IMG/VR virus record: IMGVR_UViG_3300032116_000116
Span: 57,753-77,752 of that record
Length of the DNA: 20,000 nucleotides
DNA from: an uncultured virus (IMG/VR IMGVR_UViG_3300032116_000116)
Taxonomy: Duplodnaviria; Heunggongvirae; Uroviricota; Caudoviricetes
Direction: 5' to 3' (one strand)
How positions within the stretch are numbered: position 1 is the stretch's first letter; every line of letters starts with the position of its first letter. Made by a program: the position numbers and the translations under genes. This document shows positions 1 through 6,524 of this stretch, in pieces. Under the pieces are notes generated by a model. It had not been told where the DNA came from. It was given only the letters and a program-made list of their open reading frames with translations, and searched no databases.

Positions 1-2
1 AC

Positions 3-65
3 AGCAAGAACTTCACTTCGAAGAAGAATGCTATTGCTTACCGCAACCAGTTGTTGTCCGCTTAA
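3..65 (+). CDS. 3' end of a gene entering the window (SKNFTSKKNAIAYRNQLLSA*), possibly a small AP2-like DNA-binding protein
   Basis: Open frame from position 3 to TAA at 63-65, followed by a terminator-like hairpin. The F-x-S-K-K-x-A-I-x-Y-R-N helix only loosely resembles an AP2-type C-terminal helix. Confidence 0.55.
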   Translation, partial: SKNFTSKKNAIAYRNQLLSA

Positions 66-101
66 TTCGGACACAACCTCACACAGGTAAACAATCTCAG
101 T

Positions 102-155
102 AAGACCTTCGTGGATAAATCCTATACAGGTGTATGGGACCCACGGGGTCTTTTT
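102..155 (+). terminator. Extended hairpin with T-tract, putative intrinsic terminator
   Basis: AAGACCTTCGTGG pairs with CCACGGGGTCTT (one bulge, one G-U). Inner hairpin TCCTATAC-aggt-GTATGGGA. T run at 151-155. Confidence 0.6.
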
Positions 156-157
156 AC

Positions 158-187
158 ATTACGGACCTCCCTTCGGTCGGTCCTTCA
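158..187 (-). repeat. REP-like hairpin repeat, copy 1
   Basis: ATTACGGACCTCCCTTCGGTCGGTCCTTCA is 28/30 identical to 1079-1108. The minus strand folds as GGACC-GA-CC-GAA-GG-GA-GGTCC. Confidence 0.85.
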
Positions 188-243
188 GGAAAATGAACAT
201 CAGATTTTCCGTGGCATAACTATGCTCATTAATTAACCAAATA

Positions 244-250
244 TATTTAT
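244..250 (+). promoter_or_regulatory. TATTTAT motif, putative phage late promoter element
   Basis: The same motif lies a few nt upstream of the ATG of both complete plus-strand genes (also 13749-13755). The function is inferred. Confidence 0.35.
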
Positions 251-1079
251 GTGTATGACAAGACTTAAGATGTATGACATACTGAGAGAATCAGAAAAAA
301 GGGAAGAGATAGAAAATAAACTTGATAAGTATATAAAATATGAATTAAGTTATGAAGACCAAGACCGAACTTATGAACCCATTGTAATGATGTATAAATC
401 AATGTCCGATGGTGATAAGGTCCATGTCACTTTTGAAAACGTACCATTGAATATAAAATCAAATACAATTGATCCAAATATATTCAACACCGCCCTGAAC
501 AAACTAGTTGAAAAGTTAAAAGGTAGCGGGTACACAAGTGAAGATTTTGGTGACCGTAAATTTAGAGTTATCGGTTTTCATGTTATCGTACCAAATCCAG
601 ATTATAAATATAGTATTGACTTAGGTGCACTTAGTTTTAATTTTCTTAAGTTTGATCTAACCGATTACCTATCCACTTCTCTTAACAATATCGTATACCG
701 TCAGGAATATTCTTTTAAAGATTTATATTCAGGTGACCTACTTAAAGATGTTGGACCGTTACCAAAGGTAGATGTGGACCTAAAAAAATGGAACGATATT
801 GAATATAAAAAGATATTAACCGCAACAAAACACCTTCTTAAAGGTAAGGTTGATGATACCACGTATGACATAAATAATTCACACGTACATATGTTTATTC
901 AGTTGGATCGTAAACTATACAGGGAATCGGAAAACTATATTCACCCGGTTTTCAAAAGTATGTTAAAGATAAACCTAAGTAAATATTTTTATGAGGATAC
1001 CGACGAATATGATAAAGTAAAAAATCACATCGAGAATAGACTTAAAAAGTTCGGTATAGACAATGTAGAGTTTAATTAA
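249..1079 (+). CDS. Hypothetical phage protein (276 aa; start may be ATG at 255)
   Basis: Long ORF with N-terminal 'YDILRE' resembling 'YDILLLE' of 13762..14586. It is flanked by the hairpin repeats and followed by a terminator. Confidence 0.85.
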   Translation: MCMTRLKMYDILRESEKREEIENKLDKYIKYELSYEDQDRTYEPIVMMYKSMSDGDKVHVTFENVPLNIKSNTIDPNIFNTALNKLVEKLKGSGYTSEDFGDRKFRVIGFHVIVPNPDYKYSIDLGALSFNFLKFDLTDYLSTSLNNIVYRQEYSFKDLYSGDLLKDVGPLPKVDVDLKKWNDIEYKKILTATKHLLKGKVDDTTYDINNSHVHMFIQLDRKLYRESENYIHPVFKSMLKINLSKYFYEDTDEYDKVKNHIENRLKKFGIDNVEFN

Positions 1080-1108
1080 TTACGGGCCTCCCTTCGGTCG
1101 GCCCTTCA
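1079..1108 (-). repeat. REP-like hairpin repeat, copy 2
   Basis: ATTACGGGCCTCCCTTCGGTCGGCCCTTCA. Its two differences from copy 1 are a compensatory A-T to G-C pair in the stem. Confidence 0.85.
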
Positions 1109-1123
1109 TCCCCGAATATAGTG

Positions 1124-1158
1124 ACCCATATGTATGACAAATATATATGGGTTTTTTT
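1124..1158 (+). terminator. Intrinsic terminator downstream of 249..1079
   Basis: CCCATATGTAT-gacaa-ATATATATGGG (11 bp, one G-U) followed by T7. Confidence 0.7.
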
Positions 1159-1172
1159 GTGACCGTTCCCCC

Positions 1173-1210
1173 TGAAGTCCGACCATCGTGAAACGAGGGA
1201 GGACGATAAT
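1173..1210 (+). repeat. REP-like hairpin repeat, copy 3 (inverted, extended apical stem)
   Basis: TGAA-GTCC-GA-CC-A-TCGT-GAA-ACGA-GG-GA-GGAC-GATAAT matches the reverse complement of copies 1 and 2 (TGAAG..CCGACC..GGGAGG..TAAT). Confidence 0.7.
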
Positions 1211-1528
1211 CTATTCCACATATACATATATAAAACGTATACTGAAGACGTATAAATGTATGACGTTTATAAATTTTTCAGAAAGTGGGTCGTGATTCGG
1301 ACAAGGGACAATCCTACACTATCTCCCACAAAGTTACACTTTTCCCCACTTTTCCACTCTGTCATACATAGAACCAAAAAAATGTGGGTTACAGGTATCT
1401 GTAGAAGGGAAAAAATAGGTACGACAAAAAAGGTGACAAAATGTCTGGTTTTTATAGGTTATTTTAATAGAAATTTGTAATACACTCGGTCCCCCATAAA
1501 GTGGGTGACCTCGTTTACTGGTACCCAA

Positions 1529-1927
1529 TTAGTTATGTATATAATACCTAAACTTATACTCAACCTTCCCCAAGAGTCCCATGGGTAGAACATTAATGAA
1601 CATATAGAACCTTACCTTATAGACATTCTCTTCCAGTAACTTCTTTACGATCTGACGAGCAACTCTGTGGAACTCATATGGACCACTTAGATAAGACTCC
1701 CCCTTTAATGTGACGACCACCTCATCTGTGTGAGGGAGTGAATAAGGGTCCGTCTTAACCGTTCCTTGTATATCTAATTTACCCAATGTTTCCATTAGAC
1801 TCTTCTCACATTTCCTTTCAAACTCTTCTATCTTCTCTACATACTTTTCCTGTGTATGAACTTTCTTACTGTGTCCGAGTAGAGGAAATAGTATGGAGAG
1901 GTTCAGATCTACTTCTGGTCGTTCCAT
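1529..1927 (-). CDS. Hypothetical protein (132 aa)
   Basis: Last ORF of the minus-strand array. It overlaps the upstream gene and has no recognisable motif. Confidence 0.75.
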   Translation of the reverse strand: MERPEVDLNLSILFPLLGHSKKVHTQEKYVEKIEEFERKCEKSLMETLGKLDIQGTVKTDPYSLPHTDEVVVTLKGESYLSGPYEFHRVARQIVKKLLEENVYKVRFYMFINVLPMGLLGKVEYKFRYYIHN

Positions 1928-2112
1928 TGTTTTAATTCTTCAATTATATTATTATTCATCTCTGTACAGAAATCTCGTTCAAGTATATTCTTTAGTGCTT
2001 GTTCTGCATCAACACCTGTTTCACTTGTGGCCATTTCAATACACTCATCATCTGTTTTATTATGCCAAAATGTTAAGTGTTTCAATAACTGATTTCCGTC
2101 TATTTTATTCAT
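1909..2112 (-). CDS. Hypothetical protein (67 aa)
   Basis: ATG lies within the shared junction repeat at 2105-2120. Confidence 0.7.
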   Translation of the reverse strand: MNKIDGNQLLKHLTFWHNKTDDECIEMATSETGVDAEQALKNILERDFCTEMNNNIIEELKQWNDQK

Positions 2113-2120
2113 AAACTTCT
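2105..2120 (-). repeat. Gene-junction repeat AGAAGTTTATGAATAA, copy A
   Basis: 16-bp core identical at 2274-2289 and 2716-2731. Confidence 0.85.
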
Positions 2121-2281
2121 TCGATTTTAAGTATTTTACAATCTTTCACATTTACACATTCCAACATTTCTTTTTTCCATTCTTTAAGTTTTTCTAAGTT
2201 GGATGTTTCTCTATAACCCATTTTATAGTAGTCATCAAATTCATTTTTAAATAATCCAATGTATTTTTGTTCGTTATTCAT
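2105..2281 (-). CDS. Small hypothetical protein missing from the ORF track (58 aa, MNNEQKYIGLFKNEFDDYY...KIEEVYE*)
   Basis: Translated by hand. It fills the gap exactly, with 8-bp overlaps on both neighbours. Confidence 0.75.
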   Translation of the reverse strand: MNNEQKYIGLFKNEFDDYYKMGYRETSNLEKLKEWKKEMLECVNVKDCKILKIEEVYE

Positions 2282-2297
2282 AAACTTCTATTGTTTT
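2274..2297 (-). repeat. Gene-junction repeat AAAACAATAGAAGTTTATGAATAA, copy B
   Basis: 24/24 identical to 2716-2739. Confidence 0.9.
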
Positions 2298-2723
2298 ATC
2301 TTTGTATGTTACTGTAATTAGTTGAGTTGGGATGTTTATACCTTGATTTGACTGAATGCCTTCGTATTGTTCTTGAATATACTTTTCCCATTCATGTCCA
2401 TAAATTATCCTATCATTCTCAATATCATTTATACAATTAGTTTTTTCCAATTGCCATTCTTTTTCTTCCAAACTCAACTCTCTTTCTTCAATCTTTAATC
2501 TCCACTTTTCAGAGAACTCTGTGTCGGTTTTGATTTTGTTGATGAATTCTTCTTTGGTTAAATGACGAGTTGGATGTGGAGATACCATAGAACGACCATT
2601 CAACATACACCAACCTTTACCTATATTTTGATAAAGAAGATTTGTACGATGGTCGTGTATTGTTGCTAATGGATAGTTTTGGTAATTCTCATAAGCCTCA
2701 TCAATGATCTGTTCTTTATTCAT
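2274..2723 (-). CDS. Hypothetical protein (149 aa) bounded by 24-bp direct repeats
   Basis: ORF track. The N-terminal KEQIIDEAY resembles the KDQIIEAY module of the TAVEW family. Confidence 0.8.
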   Translation of the reverse strand: MNKEQIIDEAYENYQNYPLATIHDHRTNLLYQNIGKGWCMLNGRSMVSPHPTRHLTKEEFINKIKTDTEFSEKWRLKIEERELSLEEKEWQLEKTNCINDIENDRIIYGHEWEKYIQEQYEGIQSNQGINIPTQLITVTYKDKTIEVYE

Positions 2724-2739
2724 AAACTTCTATTGTTTT
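2716..2739 (-). repeat. Gene-junction repeat AAAACAATAGAAGTTTATGAATAA, copy C
   Basis: Contains the TAG stop of 2730..2990 and the ATG of 2274..2723. Confidence 0.9.
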
Positions 2740-2990
2740 GATTTTATTTGTTCCCTATACCATTTGGCTCCTTCTTCGAATGCTATTGAAGATACTCCAT
2801 GAATTCTATTTGATTCTTTTAATATCTCCTCATCTGATATTTCTGTTTGATCCTTCTCCATTTGTTTGGCTTGTTCTTCCTTTTCAGCTAAAACCCAAGC
2901 AGGTATTTTGATAATATAGTTTTCATTATCTTTTATATCGGCAAAATCGTATTCTTTTAATTGTTCAACCAACCATTCTACTGCTGTCAT
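2730..2990 (-). CDS. TAVEW-family small modular phage protein (86 aa)
   Basis: MTAVEWLVEQL...EQAKQMEKDQ...EISDEEI...GAKWYREQ. Confidence 0.8.
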   Translation of the reverse strand: MTAVEWLVEQLKEYDFADIKDNENYIIKIPAWVLAEKEEQAKQMEKDQTEISDEEILKESNRIHGVSSIAFEEGAKWYREQIKSKQ

Positions 2991-2992
2991 AG

Positions 2993-3526
2993 TTATTTCT
3001 TTTTAAATTGTTCAATAAAATGCACTAATGTTTGTACATCTATACAAGAATTTCCTAATTCTCCTTCTGTGTGGTTATCTTCATCAAGAATAAATTTTAA
3101 CATTCTTTCTTGTTGCCATTTAACAATGTGAATAAACATTGATTTTATCCAAGTTTTTTCATGAGGATCTATTGTTTTTGCTTCCAACAATTCTAAGCTA
3201 TACTTTTCAGCAGCTTCTTCAAGTTCATTTTCCATTTCTATTGCTTGTAATTTAGGAGAATTATATATCCTCATTGGTCTACCATCCTTATATCTTAATT
3301 CAGGTAAACCTTTCCCATAAGTTTCTTTATAGTATCCTTCCCCCGTACTATATTCTAATAACACATGACCATTCCTTCCGAGAAGATTACCATCATTCCA
3401 AGATTCTTTTATCTGATCCTTAAACATTTGTTTAACCTGTTCTTGTATATCTAATGGAATATCTCCCATGTTATCTTGTACTTGGTTTATTAACCATTCT
3501 ACTGCTGTCATGTTTTTATTTTCCAT
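2993..3526 (-). CDS. TAVEW-family modular phage protein (177 aa)
   Basis: MTAVEWLINQV...EQVKQMFKDQI...YYKETYGK...LEEAAEKY...VKWQQER. Confidence 0.8.
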   Translation of the reverse strand: MENKNMTAVEWLINQVQDNMGDIPLDIQEQVKQMFKDQIKESWNDGNLLGRNGHVLLEYSTGEGYYKETYGKGLPELRYKDGRPMRIYNSPKLQAIEMENELEEAAEKYSLELLEAKTIDPHEKTWIKSMFIHIVKWQQERMLKFILDEDNHTEGELGNSCIDVQTLVHFIEQFKKK

Positions 3527-3725
3527 ATCCTTTATTTACTAAGTTTATACCATCTAATCTTGCAATATTTAGTTGTTTCTTCTCCATTTGTTTGGATTGT
3601 TCTTCAAGTTCATCAATCATACCTTGTGTAACTCTCACATCACCCATTCCTATATGTGTGGTTGGATCATGTGCAAGTTGACGTAATTGATTTATAATCC
3701 ACTCTACCGCCGTTTGTTGTGACAT
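3516..3725 (-). CDS. TAVEW-family small phage protein (69 aa)
   Basis: MSQQTAVEWIINQL...EQSKQMEKKQL...GYGK*. Confidence 0.8.
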   Translation of the reverse strand: MSQQTAVEWIINQLRQLAHDPTTHIGMGDVRVTQGMIDELEEQSKQMEKKQLNIARLDGINLVNKGYGK

Positions 3726-3985
3726 TATTTATATATTTTATCGTAATTGATATCGTACATTTGATCGTAGAACTCGATCAGTTCTTTATACTTTTCCTTA
3801 TCCTGGTAAATCTTTTCCATTAAAATATTGTTCATCTTATACCCGAATTTTAAATCTTTCAAATAAGTTTGACAATAAGAACCCTCGGAACTTTGTTCAC
3901 ATCTTAATGGACTACAACACCCCTCTTCACCACATCCATCACATATAGGACAATATGGATTATGTATATCTTCTGTTGTTTTCAT
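3725..3985 (-). CDS. Cys-rich, probably metal-binding hypothetical protein (86 aa)
   Basis: CPICDGCGEEGCCSPLRC...YC cluster. Confidence 0.75.
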   Translation of the reverse strand: MKTTEDIHNPYCPICDGCGEEGCCSPLRCEQSSEGSYCQTYLKDLKFGYKMNNILMEKIYQDKEKYKELIEFYDQMYDINYDKIYK

Positions 3986-4251
3986 ATCAATTCGACTTTT
4001 TCTTTATTATACTCCATAATCTCCTCGGTTTGATCGGGTATCTCAAGGAACCTAATATGATGATGTTTACCTTCCACCTCCAAGAATTCATACCAAGGAC
4101 CGGGTGCAAAGTTAATACCCGTTTCCTCCCTCATTTCCTCACCACTGATCACATCAATAACATGATATATCGATCCTTTATGGGTATAGACTTTACCCTT
4201 GTCTTCACCCTCATCAACACATAACGAATTCTCAATACAAATCACTCTCAT
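3982..4251 (-). CDS. Hypothetical protein (89 aa)
   Basis: ORF overlapping both neighbours. Confidence 0.7.
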   Translation of the reverse strand: MRVICIENSLCVDEGEDKGKVYTHKGSIYHVIDVISGEEMREETGINFAPGPWYEFLEVEGKHHHIRFLEIPDQTEEIMEYNKEKVELI

Positions 4252-5212
4252 GTTCTTTTAATAATTTATTTGGATTAACACAATAGGATTCACTCCAATT
4301 TGGAACCGTATAATGACAATTCCATGGTAATTTTTTATGAACCTCCTTAAACTCATTACACCCAATCATTAAAGAAAAACAATAATCTATTTCATCTAAA
4401 AGATGTTGAATTGTATCAGGTGGATTACCATAAAGTTTTTCAGATTCTTGTACATAACACTTAAACCCACCAAATCCAATGTAATCTATAAAAAAGTTAG
4501 ATGTTAAAACATTGATCGGTGTGACAATATACTTCTTATGTTTATTATAGGTAGTATAATTTATTTGAGTATCACCAATCTTTTCAATATTCCATTTTAT
4601 CATTTGTTCATAGTTCACCGGTTCGTGAAAGATAAGAAGATTGGCGAACTTTCTAACATTATGTGTACATAGATAATTTGCAAAATGTATAAAAGACATT
4701 TTGTTCTTACCACAGAAAGATTTTAAATTACGTTCACTGGTGAGAACCACCTCATTGATAAAACACATATCCTCAAAAGTGATTTCCGTCTTATATCTCA
4801 TATACATTAATCTCGAATGTTTATCTTCGTTCCAATACCCATATTCTTTAATATCATAAATAATATTATCAATCTCCCTGAGTATCAATTGAACAAAGAT
4901 TTTAGATAGAACATTACTGTACTTCACATGATAAAAGATACCATTCATTCCATCCAAATATTTTTCAACCTCACATGTCTTTTGGTCAAAATACATAACC
5001 GGATCATATAGAAGAAAATCTCCCCTGTTTTTGTGTACCCCTTCAGTTGGATGTAAATGTTTAAACATTGACATAGATATCTCCTCCGCGAAACTCGTTG
5101 TTAAATCCATTTTATCAACAAATTCCTTCCCATAAAAAGATTCAATAGAATAAAATTTACCGAACTCAGGTCTCCATTCAAACCTATTTGATCTTGGAAT
5201 AAATTGTGACAT
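4232..5212 (-). CDS. Hypothetical protein (326 aa)
   Basis: Long ORF with no motif recognised. Confidence 0.8.
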   Translation of the reverse strand: MSQFIPRSNRFEWRPEFGKFYSIESFYGKEFVDKMDLTTSFAEEISMSMFKHLHPTEGVHKNRGDFLLYDPVMYFDQKTCEVEKYLDGMNGIFYHVKYSNVLSKIFVQLILREIDNIIYDIKEYGYWNEDKHSRLMYMRYKTEITFEDMCFINEVVLTSERNLKSFCGKNKMSFIHFANYLCTHNVRKFANLLIFHEPVNYEQMIKWNIEKIGDTQINYTTYNKHKKYIVTPINVLTSNFFIDYIGFGGFKCYVQESEKLYGNPPDTIQHLLDEIDYCFSLMIGCNEFKEVHKKLPWNCHYTVPNWSESYCVNPNKLLKEHESDLY

Positions 5213-5217
5213 AACTA

Positions 5218-5466
5218 TTAATTGTTGTTTATAAATGTATCATTACACCATATCGGTGTTTTCTCTCCAACGTAACTACCAGCAACATTATACCAAAAGT
5301 ATTCTATCGCATCATCTTCCGTCATTCCCTCCTTAACCAATATATCAATACATTTGGTGACAGAATATATAAGACGATAGGTCGATTCCTCAATACCAAT
5401 TATTGCGTCATCAAACCCATCGGCTTTTAGAATGTCCTCATCAATTGTATAATGTGATAAATCCAT
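5218..5466 (-). CDS. Conserved phage hypothetical protein (82 aa)
   Basis: The pattern ADGFDDAIIG...YS..KCI..L...GM...DAIEYF.YN..G.YVGEKTPI is one I recognise from many phages. Function unknown. Confidence 0.8.
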   Translation of the reverse strand: MDLSHYTIDEDILKADGFDDAIIGIEESTYRLIYSVTKCIDILVKEGMTEDDAIEYFWYNVAGSYVGEKTPIWCNDTFINNN

Positions 5467-5480
5467 ATCAATATTTTCAA

Positions 5481-5510
5481 CAAATATAAGAGAAATAATT
5501 TTAAAACAAA
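5481..5510 (-). promoter_or_regulatory. Bacteroidota-type housekeeping promoter (-33 TTTG / -7 TAnnTTTG)
   Basis: Minus strand reads TTTG-N18-TATATTTG, 14 nt upstream of the ATG at 5466. Confidence 0.65.
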
Positions 5511-5582
5511 AAAAATATTTATTAAAGGTCCGATATCCGCGTTTTCATCTCACTCGGACCAACATGAGCTTCCGACGGGTTG

Positions 5583-5726
5583 TGGTCAGGACAGGATTCG
5601 AACCTGTTTTGTAATAAAGGGTCTCACGACAGTTATTTCTAACCTACATTTCTGTAGCGTGGTTTGAGTAGTCCCTAAACTGTTCTCTTTTATATTACAA
5701 TGGCGTACCAATTCCGCCACCTGACT
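5583..5726 (-). ncRNA. tRNA-like RNA with the anticodon/variable region replaced by a ~94-nt structured insert
   Basis: Acceptor AGTCAGG/CCTGACC plus discriminator A, Leu-like D arm GCG-GAATTGGTA-CGC, perfect T arm ACAGG-TTCGAAT-CCTGT. The insert is closed by TTGTAATA/TATTACAA. No canonical anticodon loop and no encoded CCA. Confidence 0.75.
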
Positions 5727-5733
5727 ATTTTAG

Positions 5734-5889
5734 TTAATATAATTTTATTTTTTCAACTGAACAATCCAACCCATAATTTTCTTTAATTAAAGACACAAAA
5801 CTATCCTTTTCTTGCTCACTAAATCTGGTGATAGTTTGACCATTCCAAGTACCACCAATAATCGTAATAATAAATTTGTATGCTGGCAT
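5734..5889 (-). CDS. Small hypothetical protein missing from the ORF track (51 aa, MPAYKFIITIIGGTWNG...)
   Basis: Translated by hand. It fills the gap between 5902..6126 and the tRNA-like element. Confidence 0.65.
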   Translation of the reverse strand: MPAYKFIITIIGGTWNGQTITRFSEQEKDSFVSLIKENYGLDCSVEKIKLY

Positions 5890-5901
5890 ATTTTTTAATT
5901 T

Positions 5902-6126
5902 TTAGTAGTCTACTACAAACCATTTAATGTCAGGTCTAGTTTCATTTAACCTTTTTTTCCATGGGTTAAGAAACTCAATGGCTTCTTTCTCATTATTAAA
6001 TTTCTTTGCATGTTCCAAATTTTTCGGTCTCAAATATGGATCTTTATGTGAGGCGTAAAAGTATTTTTCACAAAAGAAATAGTGCATGGATTTGTTTATC
6101 TCACTTTTCCCAACTATCATTTTCAT
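5902..6126 (-). CDS. Hypothetical protein (74 aa)
   Basis: ATGA overlap with the upstream gene. Confidence 0.7.
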   Translation of the reverse strand: MKMIVGKSEINKSMHYFFCEKYFYASHKDPYLRPKNLEHAKKFNNEKEAIEFLNPWKKRLNETRPDIKWFVVDY

Positions 6127-6371
6127 ACTCTCTTCTTTAATGTTATGTTACCATTTACACTTAATATCACCCTACCGTCACTGAATACCGCTGGTCCCTC
6201 TCCTTCATATGCAACAATATCTTGATTAATTGTTACAGTGGGAGGTTTATTAAATGTTTTTAACCAATACCATTTATCTTTAATCCAATCTTTGATACTC
6301 ATAAATAAGTTTTTATTTGGGTTTTCAGTTGTAAAATATGTTGTCCCGTCTTCTCTTTTTATTTGAAACAT
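6123..6371 (-). CDS. Hypothetical protein (82 aa)
   Basis: ORF track, part of the minus-strand array. Confidence 0.7.
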   Translation of the reverse strand: MFQIKREDGTTYFTTENPNKNLFMSIKDWIKDKWYWLKTFNKPPTVTINQDIVAYEGEGPAVFSDGRVILSVNGNITLKKRV

Positions 6372-6377
6372 TTGAGT

Positions 6378-6524
6378 TTATTTTTTTATATAAGGTTTCT
6401 TTGGTGAATACTTGTTCTGTGACATATTAAACTTTCTCATAAACATTCCATTCAAATGTAGTCCAGGTGAACAGGATGTTATAAACATAACAAATATAAT
6501 AAAAAATACTAATAACTTTCTCAT
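6378..6524 (-). CDS. Small putative lipoprotein missing from the ORF track (48 aa, MRKLLVFFIIFVMFITSCSPG...)
   Basis: Basic N-terminus, hydrophobic core and ITS-C lipobox. ATGA overlap with 6521..6757. Confidence 0.65.
   Translation of the reverse strand: MRKLLVFFIIFVMFITSCSPGLHLNGMFMRKFNMSQNKYSPKKPYIKK

Noticed and set aside
1172..1210. Hammerhead-ribozyme-like look (CTGAA-GTCC...GGAC-GATA)
   Set aside because: The core needs CUGANGA and GAAA. Here GA is missing and GATA replaces GAAA. The segment is better explained as an inverted copy of the hairpin repeat.
158..1210. CRISPR array from the 30-bp palindromic repeats
   Set aside because: Only two direct copies about 890 bp apart plus one inverted copy. 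No regular spacers and no cas genes.
1256..1528. ORFs 1256..1480 (+) and 1334..1528 (-)
   Set aside because: They overlap each other, have atypical composition and lie in a motif-rich convergence region, so they are probably spurious.
2730..3725. Diversity-generating retroelement TR/VR pair
   Set aside because: Repeats are only 20-27 bp, show no adenine-specific mismatch pattern, and no reverse transcriptase is in the window.
5583..5726. Canonical tRNA-Leu, tmRNA or group I intron-containing tRNA
   Set aside because: No 7-nt anticodon loop at the expected place, the insert is too short for a self-splicing intron or a tmRNA body, and there is no Ala-type G3.U70 acceptor.
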